A DNA stretch of 64,000 nucleotides, from NCBI GenBank assembly GCA_964574895.1, contig CAZNPB010000001.1:18665-82664 (forward strand), read 5' to 3'. The DNA comes from an uncultured Eubacteriales bacterium (GTDB lineage Bacteria > Acidobacteriota > Aminicenantia > Aminicenantales > Saccharicenantaceae). The notes under the pieces are model-generated. The model was not told the origin of the DNA and ran no database searches. It worked only from the letters and a program-made list of their open reading frames with translations. How positions within the stretch are numbered: the first letter of the stretch is position 1; each line of letters starts with the position of its first letter. The position numbers and the translations under genes are program-made. Below, in pieces: positions 37,087 through 45,932 of this stretch.

Positions 37087-39194
37087 TTGGCGGCTCCGCC
37101 GCAGGCCCGGACGAGCTTGCCGACGGCTTTGAGGACGACCAGCTCGGCGTGGGCGGCCGGCTTGGCCGCCTCGGCGAGGGTCTTATCGCCGGCTTCGACC
37201 CAGGCCGCCGGCTGCCCCTCCCCTTTCGACAGATGGCCGAGCGCTTCGAGCCCCAGGCCGCAGGCCTCGGCCAGCCCGAGCGACAGCGGCTCGATCTCGC
37301 GCAGCGCGGGCGACGCGGCCAGAAGCGCCAGGACCGAGGCATGGTTATCGCGCCAGGCCGTCAGGGCCGCCCGGATCTCTTCGGCCGCCGCGGGATCGCG
37401 TCCGGTCAGATAGCGGTCGACCGTCCCTTCGAACCGGACGGCCGGGAGCGATTCGGGGAAGCAGGCGTCGACGAAGCGGGTGAAGGGCGACAGGCTGGTG
37501 TACTCGGCCTGTCCGTGCCGGTCGTAGCCCTGGAGCGGCTCGACGGCCTCGGCCAGGACCCGGAGCGGCCCGACGGGCCGTCCGGCCGTCAGGCGGCGCA
37601 GCAGCATGTCCTGGTTCTTGATATGGAGAAGCCCGAGTTCCTCGAGGGCCAGCGAAACGATCGGCAGGCGCCGGTACATGTCGTCGACGTCCCGGACGGT
37701 CGCCGGCGACCAGAACCTCTCGGCGATGGCGGCGGTCCGGGGCCAGATCCGCGAATCGACGGTCTCCGACGTCACCAGCTCGGCCCACATGGTCGCCTCG
37801 CCGCCCAGGATGAGGGCCTTCTGCCGCTCGTCGAGCGGCGAGTCCGGCGGCAGCGGGTCGTTGAGGTAATGGAAAGAGGCCGGCTGGCAAAGGTCGATGT
37901 AATAGCCGTTGGACAACAAGCCCCGGTAGCCTCGCTGGGCCGCTTCGATGAGCGACTTGGGGCCCCGCCAGGACTGGATGACGATGTCGGTCGGCATGCC
38001 GGGCTGGAGGATCTCGTCCCAGCCGACCATCTTCTTGCCGTGCTTGGTCACGAGGGCCAGCAGCCGCCGGTTGAAATAGGCCTGCAGGGCCGCGTTGTCG
38101 GCCAGGCCGCGCTTTTTCTTGAAGGCCTGGATGGCCGGATTGGCGTCCCACTGGCGGCCCTCGACCTCGTCGCCGCCGATGTGGAGATAGGGATCGGGGA
38201 AGAGCCCGGCCATTTCCCTGAAGAAGGCGTCGAAGAAGGGGTAGATCCTCTCGTTGGTCGGATCGAAGGTCGGGCCGAAGACGCCGAAGTGGCGCTCGAT
38301 CGCGTACGGGCCCGGCGCGCTGGCGAACTCGGGATAGGACACGAACCAGCTGGTCGAATGGCCGGGCAGGTCGAACTCGGGCATGACCCGGATGCCGCGA
38401 TCCCCGGCGTAGGCGACCAGGTCCCGGATCTGGTCCTGGGTGAAGAACAGGCCGTCCGAACCGAGCTCGTGGAGCCGGGGGAAGACCTTCGACTCCACCC
38501 GGAAGCCCTGGTCCTCCGTCAGGTGCAGATGAAGAACGTTCAGCTTGACCGCGGCCATGGCATCCAGGTTGCGCTTGATGACCTCGACCGGATGGAAATG
38601 GCGGCCGACGTCGATCATCAGCCCCCGCCAGGTGAACCGGGGCTTGTCCTTGACCGTGACGCAGGGGATGTAATAGCCCTTGTCGTCGGCGCTCAGGAGC
38701 TGGAGCAGGGTCTCGAAGCCCCGCAGGACGCCGAGGTCGGTCGGCGCCTCCAGCCGGACGCCCGCGGGCTCGACGGCGAGCTCGTAGGATTCGTCCTCGC
38801 CCGGCAGGAGCCGGCCCGGGCGCCCGAAGGCGTAGGCGACGCCGCGGTCCGCCGGGGCGGGCTGGGCCAGAAGGTAATCCTGCTTGATGAACAGGCCGGT
38901 CCGGCCGGCCAGGCGGCTCATGAACCGGGCGGCGGCTTTGTAGGCCCGGTCCGCGGGCGCGCCCTTGGCCAAGCCGGGGCCGGAGCGCCCGATGGTCAGC
39001 GTCTCGTCGACGCGGAAACGGCCGTCGCGGACGGCCACGCTTTCGGGCACGGGCAGGAGGTCGATCCAGGCGGAATGCGCCCCGGTCCCGGAGGCGGACC
39101 CCGTGGACGAGGGCGGGGCGGCCCCGAGTCCGGCGGAACTGGCGGTCAGGATAAGGCCGAGGGCGGCCAGGATGATCGCGGAGCGTCGGGTCAT
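37083..39194 (-). CDS. Beta-N-acetylhexosaminidase, GH20, secreted
   Basis: Signal peptide. GH20 catalytic motif HIGGDEV. The N-terminal GH20b-like domain has RGLMIDVGRHF. Confidence 0.9.
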   Translation of the reverse strand: MTRRSAIILAALGLILTASSAGLGAAPPSSTGSASGTGAHSAWIDLLPVPESVAVRDGRFRVDETLTIGRSGPGLAKGAPADRAYKAAARFMSRLAGRTGLFIKQDYLLAQPAPADRGVAYAFGRPGRLLPGEDESYELAVEPAGVRLEAPTDLGVLRGFETLLQLLSADDKGYYIPCVTVKDKPRFTWRGLMIDVGRHFHPVEVIKRNLDAMAAVKLNVLHLHLTEDQGFRVESKVFPRLHELGSDGLFFTQDQIRDLVAYAGDRGIRVMPEFDLPGHSTSWFVSYPEFASAPGPYAIERHFGVFGPTFDPTNERIYPFFDAFFREMAGLFPDPYLHIGGDEVEGRQWDANPAIQAFKKKRGLADNAALQAYFNRRLLALVTKHGKKMVGWDEILQPGMPTDIVIQSWRGPKSLIEAAQRGYRGLLSNGYYIDLCQPASFHYLNDPLPPDSPLDERQKALILGGEATMWAELVTSETVDSRIWPRTAAIAERFWSPATVRDVDDMYRRLPIVSLALEELGLLHIKNQDMLLRRLTAGRPVGPLRVLAEAVEPLQGYDRHGQAEYTSLSPFTRFVDACFPESLPAVRFEGTVDRYLTGRDPAAAEEIRAALTAWRDNHASVLALLAASPALREIEPLSLGLAEACGLGLEALGHLSKGEGQPAAWVEAGDKTLAEAAKPAAHAELVVLKAVGKLVRACGGAAK

Positions 39195-39227
39195 GGATCC
39201 TCCTCTCTGTGCGGGCTTCGAAGCCCT

Positions 39228-39236
39228 TTTATAGCA
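39228..39236 (-). promoter_or_regulatory. Extended -10 promoter (TGCTATAAA) for the GH20 operon
   Basis: The minus strand reads cacTGTGCTATAAAA, 33 nt upstream of the ATG at 39194. The leader holds a gggcttcgaagccc palindrome and a GAGGAGG RBS. Confidence 0.5.
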
Positions 39237-39272
39237 CAGTGAGGAGGCGCGGCAAAGACCCGGCGCCCGTTT

Positions 39273-39539
39273 TCAGTCCGGGTTCTTCTCGACGACGATG
39301 GTCATGTTGGAGGCCAGGGCGGCGATGCCGCCGACGGCCGCCAGGATGGGCGCCGCAATGGCCCCGACGACCCCGATCGTCAGCGGGATCTCCATGAACG
39401 TTTTGCCGTGCTCGTCCTTGAAGATGAGGCGCCGGACGTTGCCTTCGTGGATGATCTCCTTGACCTTGGCCAGGACCTCGTTGCCGCTGACGCGGAACTC
39501 CTCGAACTTGGCTTTGGCGTCTTTTTTCTCTTCGGTCAT
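39273..39539 (-). CDS. DUF4342 domain protein (88 aa, C-terminal hydrophobic segment)
   Basis: The pattern FRVSGNEVLAKVKEIIHEGNVRRLIFKDEHGKTFMEIPLTIGVVGA is typical of DUF4342. A GGAGG RBS lies 6 nt before this ATG. Confidence 0.8.
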   Translation of the reverse strand: MTEEKKDAKAKFEEFRVSGNEVLAKVKEIIHEGNVRRLIFKDEHGKTFMEIPLTIGVVGAIAAPILAAVGGIAALASNMTIVVEKNPD

Positions 39540-39561
39540 GGGCCACCTCCCTTTCTTCATT

Positions 39562-39570
39562 ATTATAGCA
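39562..39570 (-). promoter_or_regulatory. Extended -10 promoter (TGCTATAAT) for the DUF4342 gene
   Basis: The minus strand reads gcgTGCTATAAT, 22 nt upstream of the ATG at 39539. Confidence 0.5.
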
Positions 39571-39619
39571 CGCGCCTCGCTCGGCCGGCCGGCGTCGCGG
39601 GACCTCGAACAGGGATACG

Positions 39620-40150
39620 TCAAAAGCCGGGGAAGAGTTCCTTCAGGATAGCCAGCGATTCCGGGAAGAGCCCGGCCGGGCCGGTCTCTTCCCAGGCCGC
39701 CGACGAGAAGCGCCAGCCGGACCGCGGTTCCGGCCGCAGCTCGAACCGGAACCGGTAATAGGCCCCGGCGTAGCGGAGGAGCCGGCGCAGGGTCTCGGCC
39801 GCTCCGTGGGACAGGGAAACCTCGCACTCGACCGGCACCCGGCCGTCCGGCCCCGCGGGATCGATGCGGACGCCCAGGAGATGGACGACGACGCCCCGGT
39901 AGCGCCCGAAATAGCCCCCGACGAGCTCCCGCGTCGAGGCGGCGTCGCGGCCTTCGAAGTCCGCGTAGTCCGGCGCGCACAGGGCCATCAGGCCGGCAGC
40001 GTCCCGACGGTTGGCCCGGCCGACCGCCTCTTCGAGGAGGCCGCGGATGCGCTCCTCGTCTCGGCCCGGGCCGCCGCCGCAGGCCGGCAGCGACAAAACG
40101 GCGGCGACGAGCGCCCAGGCCGCGGCCCGGAGACCCGCCGGCCTCCTCAT
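39620..40150 (-). CDS. Lipoprotein, NTF2/SnoaL-like (DUF4440-like) fold
   Basis: Lipobox LSLPACGG. NTF2-like opening helix IRGLLEEAVGRANRRDAAGLMALCAPDY. The ATG overlaps the DUF2207 stop by 4 nt. Confidence 0.65.
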   Translation of the reverse strand: MRRPAGLRAAAWALVAAVLSLPACGGGPGRDEERIRGLLEEAVGRANRRDAAGLMALCAPDYADFEGRDAASTRELVGGYFGRYRGVVVHLLGVRIDPAGPDGRVPVECEVSLSHGAAETLRRLLRYAGAYYRFRFELRPEPRSGWRFSSAAWEETGPAGLFPESLAILKELFPGF

Positions 40151-42024
40151 CCGGCCCCTCCGCCGCCGCCCCCGCCTCCTCCCCCGCCGCCGCCGCTGAA
40201 ACCGCCCCCGCCCCCCGAGGAATAGTGGGCGGCCGAGGTGCTGGCCTGGCTGATCGAGGTGGCGGCGTGTTGGATGGTCGAGACCATGTGATCGATGCCG
40301 CCGACGTCGAGGCCCCCCGTCCGGCCCATTCCCGCGTACCAGACGGGAGCGACGGCCCGCTCGTCCTTCAGGATGAGGGGCAGCATCTTCAGGATCTTCT
40401 TGGCGTTGCCGAAGAGGATGCCGAAGACGAGGTAGTGCTCCCAGAGCTTGTAGGCTTCGGGCGGGATCTCCTTGAAGTCGGAGAAATCGTCGAGGAAGCG
40501 GTCCAGGCCCTTCCAAGCCTCGTTCTCCCGGGCCCAAGCCATGGTCCGCCGCTTGAGCGTCGGGATGAGGGCCAGGGACAGGATCAGCAGGACGGGGCTC
40601 AAGGTCAGGCAGGCCGCCGGCACCGTGAACAGATAGAACCGGTTGCGGGCTTTCAGGCTCTCCGGCTCGAGGAAGCCGAGAGGCTTGCAGTCGTCCCGGA
40701 CCGCCTTGGTCCAGCCCCGGTACCACGACTGGAATTTCTGGGGATGCTTCTTCAGATCCGCTTCGAAGGCGGCGATGGTGATCGAGGCCCCGGGCGCGGC
40801 GCCGACGCTCCCGGCCTCGTAGACGAAATCGAGGAGCGACTTTTCGAAGGGCCGCAAGCCTGTCTCGGGGCGCTTCGGGTCCTTCTTGACGGTCAGGACG
40901 GTCTCGACGATCTCCTTGGAGCCGAAGAGCGTCTTCCGGGACGCGTTCCGGTCTTCGATCTCCAGAACGCGCCGGCGGGCCAGGTCGAACAGCGTGGCGG
41001 TGAACGCCGTCGTGGTCACGGTCCGGCCTTCCCGCATCAGGGATTGGACGATGGCCGGGGGCCGGTCGGCGGGCAGGTCGCGGACGTAGTCGGGCAGACC
41101 CGGAAAACGGTAGTCCCGGCCGACGGACGACCAGGTCCGATAGAACAGCAGCAGCCAGAGGAGCGGCCCGGCGATCTGCCAGACGCCCCAAACCCCGACC
41201 AGCTTGAGCAGCCGGCGGCGGGTCGCGGCCCCGCGCTCGGCCCGGGCCGCCTCGTCGGCCTGGGCCCGCCGGACCCGGGCGATGGTGTCCTGAACGAAGC
41301 CGTCCTCTTCGGCCTTGATGGCCGCCAGGCTCGAGGCGTCCGACGGGACCCCGGCGACCGCTCCCGAGGGCCACACCACCCGGACCTCGAAATACTGGCC
41401 GGCGGCCAGATCGGGGGCCGAAAAGCGGGCCGTGCGCGCGTCGACCACTTCCGCCCAGCCGGCCAGAGGGCCGTGGCCCCAGACGCGCAGATCGTCTTTG
41501 GAGGCCAGCGGTTCCGGCAGGACGACCGTGGCCTGGACGTTCCGGGCCGGCTTCTCCCAGCCGTCGCCGACGACCTTCCAGTAGAGCTCCGTGACGTCGG
41601 GATAGCGGGTCAGCCCGTCGGCGACGAGGTAGTGGATATGAAAGGTCCGCCGCTCGTCCCGGGCCCGGTACGACCAGCGGGCCGTGAGCCGGCCGGCGTC
41701 GAGGCTGATCTCGGTGGCCAGGGGCCGGTCCTGCTCGTCGGTCACCGCCACGTTCGAGATCGTGACCTCCCGGCTGGCGCCCGGCCCGTCCAGCCGCAGG
41801 GGGATGGCCACGAAGGCCCAGCTGAAGCGGCCCCGGAACTCGAAGGTCCGGTACTCGTCCACGGTGAACGTGCCGTCCTTTTGAACGGCGACCTCGACCC
41901 GGACCTCCGGAAAGAAGTAGTTCTTGTCGGCCGCCCGGGCCGCGGCGGGGCTGAAGAGCGAGAGCGCGGCCCAGAGACCGAGTCCGGCGGCCAGGGATCG
42001 GGAGAGCGGCGATCGTCCGTTCAT
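40147..42024 (-). CDS. DUF2207 domain membrane protein with poly-Gly tail
   Basis: I set the start at MNGRSPLSRSLAAGLGLWAAL (signal peptide). It has an N-terminal DUF2207 beta-rich domain, internal TM segments and the C-terminal SSGGGGGFSGGGGGGGGGGGGGAG. The AAGGAGG RBS overlaps the fucosidase stop. Confidence 0.8.
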   Translation of the reverse strand: MNGRSPLSRSLAAGLGLWAALSLFSPAAARAADKNYFFPEVRVEVAVQKDGTFTVDEYRTFEFRGRFSWAFVAIPLRLDGPGASREVTISNVAVTDEQDRPLATEISLDAGRLTARWSYRARDERRTFHIHYLVADGLTRYPDVTELYWKVVGDGWEKPARNVQATVVLPEPLASKDDLRVWGHGPLAGWAEVVDARTARFSAPDLAAGQYFEVRVVWPSGAVAGVPSDASSLAAIKAEEDGFVQDTIARVRRAQADEAARAERGAATRRRLLKLVGVWGVWQIAGPLLWLLLFYRTWSSVGRDYRFPGLPDYVRDLPADRPPAIVQSLMREGRTVTTTAFTATLFDLARRRVLEIEDRNASRKTLFGSKEIVETVLTVKKDPKRPETGLRPFEKSLLDFVYEAGSVGAAPGASITIAAFEADLKKHPQKFQSWYRGWTKAVRDDCKPLGFLEPESLKARNRFYLFTVPAACLTLSPVLLILSLALIPTLKRRTMAWARENEAWKGLDRFLDDFSDFKEIPPEAYKLWEHYLVFGILFGNAKKILKMLPLILKDERAVAPVWYAGMGRTGGLDVGGIDHMVSTIQHAATSISQASTSAAHYSSGGGGGFSGGGGGGGGGGGGGAG

Positions 42025-42035
42025 GGGTCCCTCCT

Positions 42036-43313
42036 TCAGCGCCCTTTCAGGAACAGCTCGATGACCGGGATCTCGACTGCGGGCCGGGGCACGGGCAGGC
42101 GCAGGGTCAGGACGTCGTCGGGCGCCCGGTCCCTCGTCCCGGGCATGAAGCCCGTCGCCCCGCCGTCGCCGACGAAGGGGATCTCCGAGGCGTCGTGGAG
42201 GAGTTGGGCGTACTCGACCCGCCCGGCCAAGCCGTCCAGGGCCAAGACGCCGGCGGGCCACTCCAGGATATGGGCGTACAGGCGTCCGGTCCTGTCGTTA
42301 TAGGTCAGCAGGACGCCCGGCGGCTTGGGGAACTCGGGAGGCGCCTGGCCGCAGCCGTGGACGGCCCGGCCGTGGAGGGCCATCCACTCCCCGATCCCCC
42401 GCAGGCGCTCCATGGCCCGGCCGTCGAAGAGGCCCCGGCCCGTCGGGCCGACGTTCAGGAGGAAGTTCCCGCCCTTGCCGACGGTCTCGATCAGCAGGAC
42501 CAGGAGCTGGCGGACCGATTTCCAGGTCGATTCGTCGCGATCGTAGCCCCAGGATCCGGAGAAGGTCTGGCAGGTCTCCCAGGGAACGGGCCGTCCGTCT
42601 TGGCGCAAGCCCTCCCGGGGCATGAATTGCTCGGGCGTCCGGTAGTCCCAGCCGCCCGGCACGTCGAGGAGATCGAGACGGTCGTTGACCAGGATGCCCG
42701 GCTGCAGCTCGCGGATCATGGCCAGGAGGCTCTCGGACCGCCAGTCCCGGCGGCCCTTGCCGCCGGGGCCGGGGAACGAATAATCGAGGAACAGGGTGTC
42801 GATCCGGCCGTAGCCGGTCAACAGCTCGCGGAGCTGCCCGGCCAGATAGTCGGCATAGCAGCCCATGTCCCGGTCCCGGGCCCGTTCGACGAAGGCGGCC
42901 TCGTCCCGCATCGGGTGGAACGCGTCGATCGTATAGTCGGGGTGGTGCCAGTCGAGCAGGGAATGATAGAAGCCGACCCGCAGGCCCTCTTCGCGCAGGG
43001 CGTCGACGAGCGGCCGGACGAGGTCCCGGCCGGCCGGCGTCCGCGGGGCCTTGAAGTCGGTCAGCCGGGAGTCCCAGAGGCAAAATCCGTCGTGGTGCTT
43101 GGTCGTCACGACGACGTATTTCATTCCGGTCCGCCGGGCCGTCCGGGCCCAGTCGCGCGGATCGTAGAGGTCGGGGTCGAAGCGGGCGAAGTAGCGGGCG
43201 TAATCCTCGTCGCTCTGTCGTTCGCGGCTGCGGACCCATTCGTGCCGGGCCGGCAGCGCGTACAGGCCCCAATGGATGAACATGCCGAAGCGGGCCTCGG
43301 TCCACCATTCCAT
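42036..43313 (-). CDS. Alpha-L-fucosidase, GH29
   Basis: ARFGMFIHWGLYA and the nucleophile region VVVTTKHHDGFCLWDS. No signal peptide. Confidence 0.9.
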   Translation of the reverse strand: MEWWTEARFGMFIHWGLYALPARHEWVRSRERQSDEDYARYFARFDPDLYDPRDWARTARRTGMKYVVVTTKHHDGFCLWDSRLTDFKAPRTPAGRDLVRPLVDALREEGLRVGFYHSLLDWHHPDYTIDAFHPMRDEAAFVERARDRDMGCYADYLAGQLRELLTGYGRIDTLFLDYSFPGPGGKGRRDWRSESLLAMIRELQPGILVNDRLDLLDVPGGWDYRTPEQFMPREGLRQDGRPVPWETCQTFSGSWGYDRDESTWKSVRQLLVLLIETVGKGGNFLLNVGPTGRGLFDGRAMERLRGIGEWMALHGRAVHGCGQAPPEFPKPPGVLLTYNDRTGRLYAHILEWPAGVLALDGLAGRVEYAQLLHDASEIPFVGDGGATGFMPGTRDRAPDDVLTLRLPVPRPAVEIPVIELFLKGR

Positions 43314-43344
43314 CGGGGAGCTCCTTTCGGCCGGACGTCACCCT

Positions 43345-43373
43345 TTTGTAGCCCAGGTCATCGGGAAAAGCAA
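43345..43373 (-). promoter_or_regulatory. Candidate promoter TTGCTT-17-TACAAA for the GH29-DUF2207 operon
   Basis: On the minus strand, ttgctt is at 43373..43368 and tacaaa at 43350..43345. AAGGAG RBS before the ATG at 43313. Confidence 0.35.
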
Positions 43374-43395
43374 GCCGGCCGGGGCCGGGCCGCGA

Positions 43396-43758
43396 TCAGG
43401 CGGCCCGGCCGCCGCGGCCGCCGAAGATGTGGTCCATCAGGGCGATTTCGGTCTCGGGGTCGAGGCCCGAGAAGCGGAGCCCGGCCTCGAAGACCTCGTC
43501 GTCATAGAGGCCCCGGACCCAGCGGACCTCGGCCACGGCCCGGACGCGCCGGCGCGATCGGCCCAGGGTCAGGTCGAGCCGGACGCGTTCGCCGGGCTCG
43601 AGCCGGGCCCCGGTCATGATGCGCAACCCGCCCATCGAGATGTCGCGGGTCAAGGAAGGAAAAGAGCCGGCGACGCCCGGCCGCACTTCGCCGGTCATCC
43701 GCGAGACCACGACCTTGTTCTCTTCGACGAGGCGGAGGTCGCGGCGGCGGTCTTTCAT
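43396..43758 (-). CDS. PilZ domain protein
   Basis: I set the start at MKDRRRDLRLV. RxxxR (RRRDLR) and D/NxSxxG (DISMGG) c-di-GMP-binding motifs. 120 aa. Confidence 0.8.
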   Translation of the reverse strand: MKDRRRDLRLVEENKVVVSRMTGEVRPGVAGSFPSLTRDISMGGLRIMTGARLEPGERVRLDLTLGRSRRRVRAVAEVRWVRGLYDDEVFEAGLRFSGLDPETEIALMDHIFGGRGGRAA

Positions 43759-43874
43759 GAGGCCGCTCGTTCGGAGGCCCTCTTCCCTTGGTCGTTCAAC
43801 GCCCTCTCCCGGAAAGCGGTCGGGGCCGCATTTTTCCGTTAATTTAGTCGGTCCGGGGCCGGCGATGATGGACT

Positions 43875-43904
43875 TTGACTTTGGCCCCCGGCGGGACGTA
43901 GGAT
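43875..43904 (+). promoter_or_regulatory. Candidate promoter TTGACT-18-TAGGAT for the acyl-CoA ligase gene
   Basis: Hexamers at 43875..43880 and 43899..43904. GAAGGAGG RBS before the ATG at 43934. Confidence 0.4.
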
Positions 43905-43933
43905 GGGCCTTCGATCTCCCGAAGGAGGCGGCC

Positions 43934-45856
43934 ATGTCCGAACGGACCCTGCCCGGACTCTTCGAGGACAGCGTCCGGGCCTATCCCGCTAACGTCCTGA
44001 TCTGGGAAAAGCGCGGCGGGTCAGGCTACGAGCCGACGACCTATGCGGAGATGCGGGACCTGGTCCACGCGCTGGCCGCCGGGCTCCTGGCCCTCGGCCT
44101 CGGCCCGGGCGACCGGGCCGCCCTGATCTCCGAAGGGCGCCGGGACTGGGTCGCGGCCGAGCTCGGCATCCTGACCGTCGGGGCCATCGACGTGCCCGTC
44201 TCGATCAAGGTCGAGGAGCTCGCCGACCTCAAGTTCCGGCTGGCCCATTCGGGCTGCCGGCTGGCCGTCGTCTCGAGGTCCCAGCTCGAAAAGCTCCGCC
44301 GGGTCCGGACCGACCTGCCCGACCTCGTCACCACCGTCGTTCTGGACGCCGTCGAGGGGCTCGGGCCGGACGAGATCGCCCTCGGGGACGTGCTGGCCCG
44401 GGGCCGTGACCTCCTGGCCGCCGACCCGTCGGCCGTCGAGGCCGCGTTGGCCCGGCTCCGCGAGGGCGATCCGGCCAATATCTGCTACACCTCCGGGACG
44501 ACGGCCGACCCCAAGGGCATCATCCTGACCCACCGGAATTATACGGCCAACATCGAGCAGTCCCGGGCCCTGGTCGACTGCCCCGAGCGCTACGTCTCCC
44601 TGCTCATCCTGCCCTGGGACCACAGCTTCTGCCACACCTGCGGCATCTACACCATGATCAAGAGCGGCGCGGCCCTGGCCGCCGTGGAGACCGGCCGGAC
44701 CGGTCTGGAGACCCTCCGCAACATCCCCGGCAACATCCGGGAGATCCGGCCCCATTTCCTCCTGAGCGTCCCGTCCCTGGCCAAGAGCTTCCGCAAGAAC
44801 ATCGAGAAGGGCGTCCGGGACAAGGGCCCGCGGGTCGAGGCCCTGTTCCGCAAAGCCCTGGCCCTGGCCATCGACTACAACGCCGAGGGCTGGAACAAGG
44901 GCCGGGGGTTGAAGAAGCTGAAGAAGCCGCTGGTCGCCTTTTACGACCGCCTGCTGTTCCGCAAGATCCGCGCCAACTTCGGCGGCCGGCTCGAGTTCTT
45001 CGTCGGCGGCGGGGCCCTGCTCGACATCGATACGCAGCGGTTCTTCTACGCCCTCGGCCTGCCGATGTTCCAGGGCTACGGCTTGAGCGAGGCCTCCCCC
45101 GTCATCGCCTCCAACAGCCCGAAGGCCCACAAGCTCGGCTCCTCGGGCCGGGTCGCCCCGACGATCGAGCTGCGCATCTGCGACGACGGCGGCCGGGAGC
45201 TCGCCCCCGGCCGGACCGGCGAGATCGTCGTCCGCGGCGAGAACGTCATGGCCGGCTACTGGAAGAACGACAAGGCCAGCCGCGAGGCCCTGCGGGACGG
45301 CTGGCTCTACACGGGCGACCTCGGCTACGTCGATCCGGACGGCTTCCTCTACGTCCTCGGCCGGATGAAGAGCCTGCTCATCGCCGGCGACGGCGAGAAG
45401 TACAGCCCGGAGACGATCGAGGAGGCCCTGACCGAGGCCTCGCCGTACGTCGACCAGGTCATGCTCTACAACGATCAGTCGCCCTGCACCGTGGCCCTGC
45501 TGGTGCCCAATAAGGAGGCCGTCCTCCGCGCCCTCCGCGACCGGGGCCTGACCCCCCAATCCGCCGCGGGCCAGACGGCCGCCCTGCGCCTGATCCAGGC
45601 GGAGATCGACGCCTACCGCGAAGGCGGCCGGCACGCCGGCCAGTTCCCGGCCCGCTGGCTGCCGGCGGCGGTGGCCGTCCTCGGCGAGGGCTTCACCGAG
45701 CAGAACCACCTGCTCAACTCGACCATGAAGATGGTCCGGGGCAAGATCGTCGAGGCCTACGCCGCGCGCCTCGGGCACCTCTTCACGCCCGAGGCCAAGG
45801 ACATCGACAACGCTCAGAACCGGAGGATCGTCTCCCGGCTCGGCGACGCGGTCTGA
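43934..45856 (+). CDS. AMP-dependent synthetase/ligase (long-chain-fatty-acid--CoA ligase type)
   Basis: I set the start at MSERTLPGLFED inside ORF 43616..45856. AMP-binding motif YTSGTTADPKGI plus GYGLSE and YTGDLGYVDPDGFLYVLGRMK. Confidence 0.9.
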   Translation: MSERTLPGLFEDSVRAYPANVLIWEKRGGSGYEPTTYAEMRDLVHALAAGLLALGLGPGDRAALISEGRRDWVAAELGILTVGAIDVPVSIKVEELADLKFRLAHSGCRLAVVSRSQLEKLRRVRTDLPDLVTTVVLDAVEGLGPDEIALGDVLARGRDLLAADPSAVEAALARLREGDPANICYTSGTTADPKGIILTHRNYTANIEQSRALVDCPERYVSLLILPWDHSFCHTCGIYTMIKSGAALAAVETGRTGLETLRNIPGNIREIRPHFLLSVPSLAKSFRKNIEKGVRDKGPRVEALFRKALALAIDYNAEGWNKGRGLKKLKKPLVAFYDRLLFRKIRANFGGRLEFFVGGGALLDIDTQRFFYALGLPMFQGYGLSEASPVIASNSPKAHKLGSSGRVAPTIELRICDDGGRELAPGRTGEIVVRGENVMAGYWKNDKASREALRDGWLYTGDLGYVDPDGFLYVLGRMKSLLIAGDGEKYSPETIEEALTEASPYVDQVMLYNDQSPCTVALLVPNKEAVLRALRDRGLTPQSAAGQTAALRLIQAEIDAYREGGRHAGQFPARWLPAAVAVLGEGFTEQNHLLNSTMKMVRGKIVEAYAARLGHLFTPEAKDIDNAQNRRIVSRLGDAV

Positions 45857-45860
45857 CAAA

Positions 45861-45888
45861 TTGACAACCCGCGGCGACTTGGGATATT
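45861..45888 (+). promoter_or_regulatory. Candidate promoter TTGACA-16-GATATT (TGg-extended)
   Basis: Perfect -35 at 45861..45866. AAGGAG RBS at 45918..45923 before the ATG at 45933. Confidence 0.45.
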
Positions 45889-45932
45889 TAGGAGTCCGTT
45901 ACCCCAAAATACGCGACAAGGAGCTCTCCGCC

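Noticed and set aside
40147-40225. GC-rich (gcc/gcc) low-complexity tract as a tandem repeat or contingency locus
   Set aside because: It encodes the poly-Gly C-terminal tail that is characteristic of DUF2207 proteins. It is in frame, and nothing suggests it is variable.
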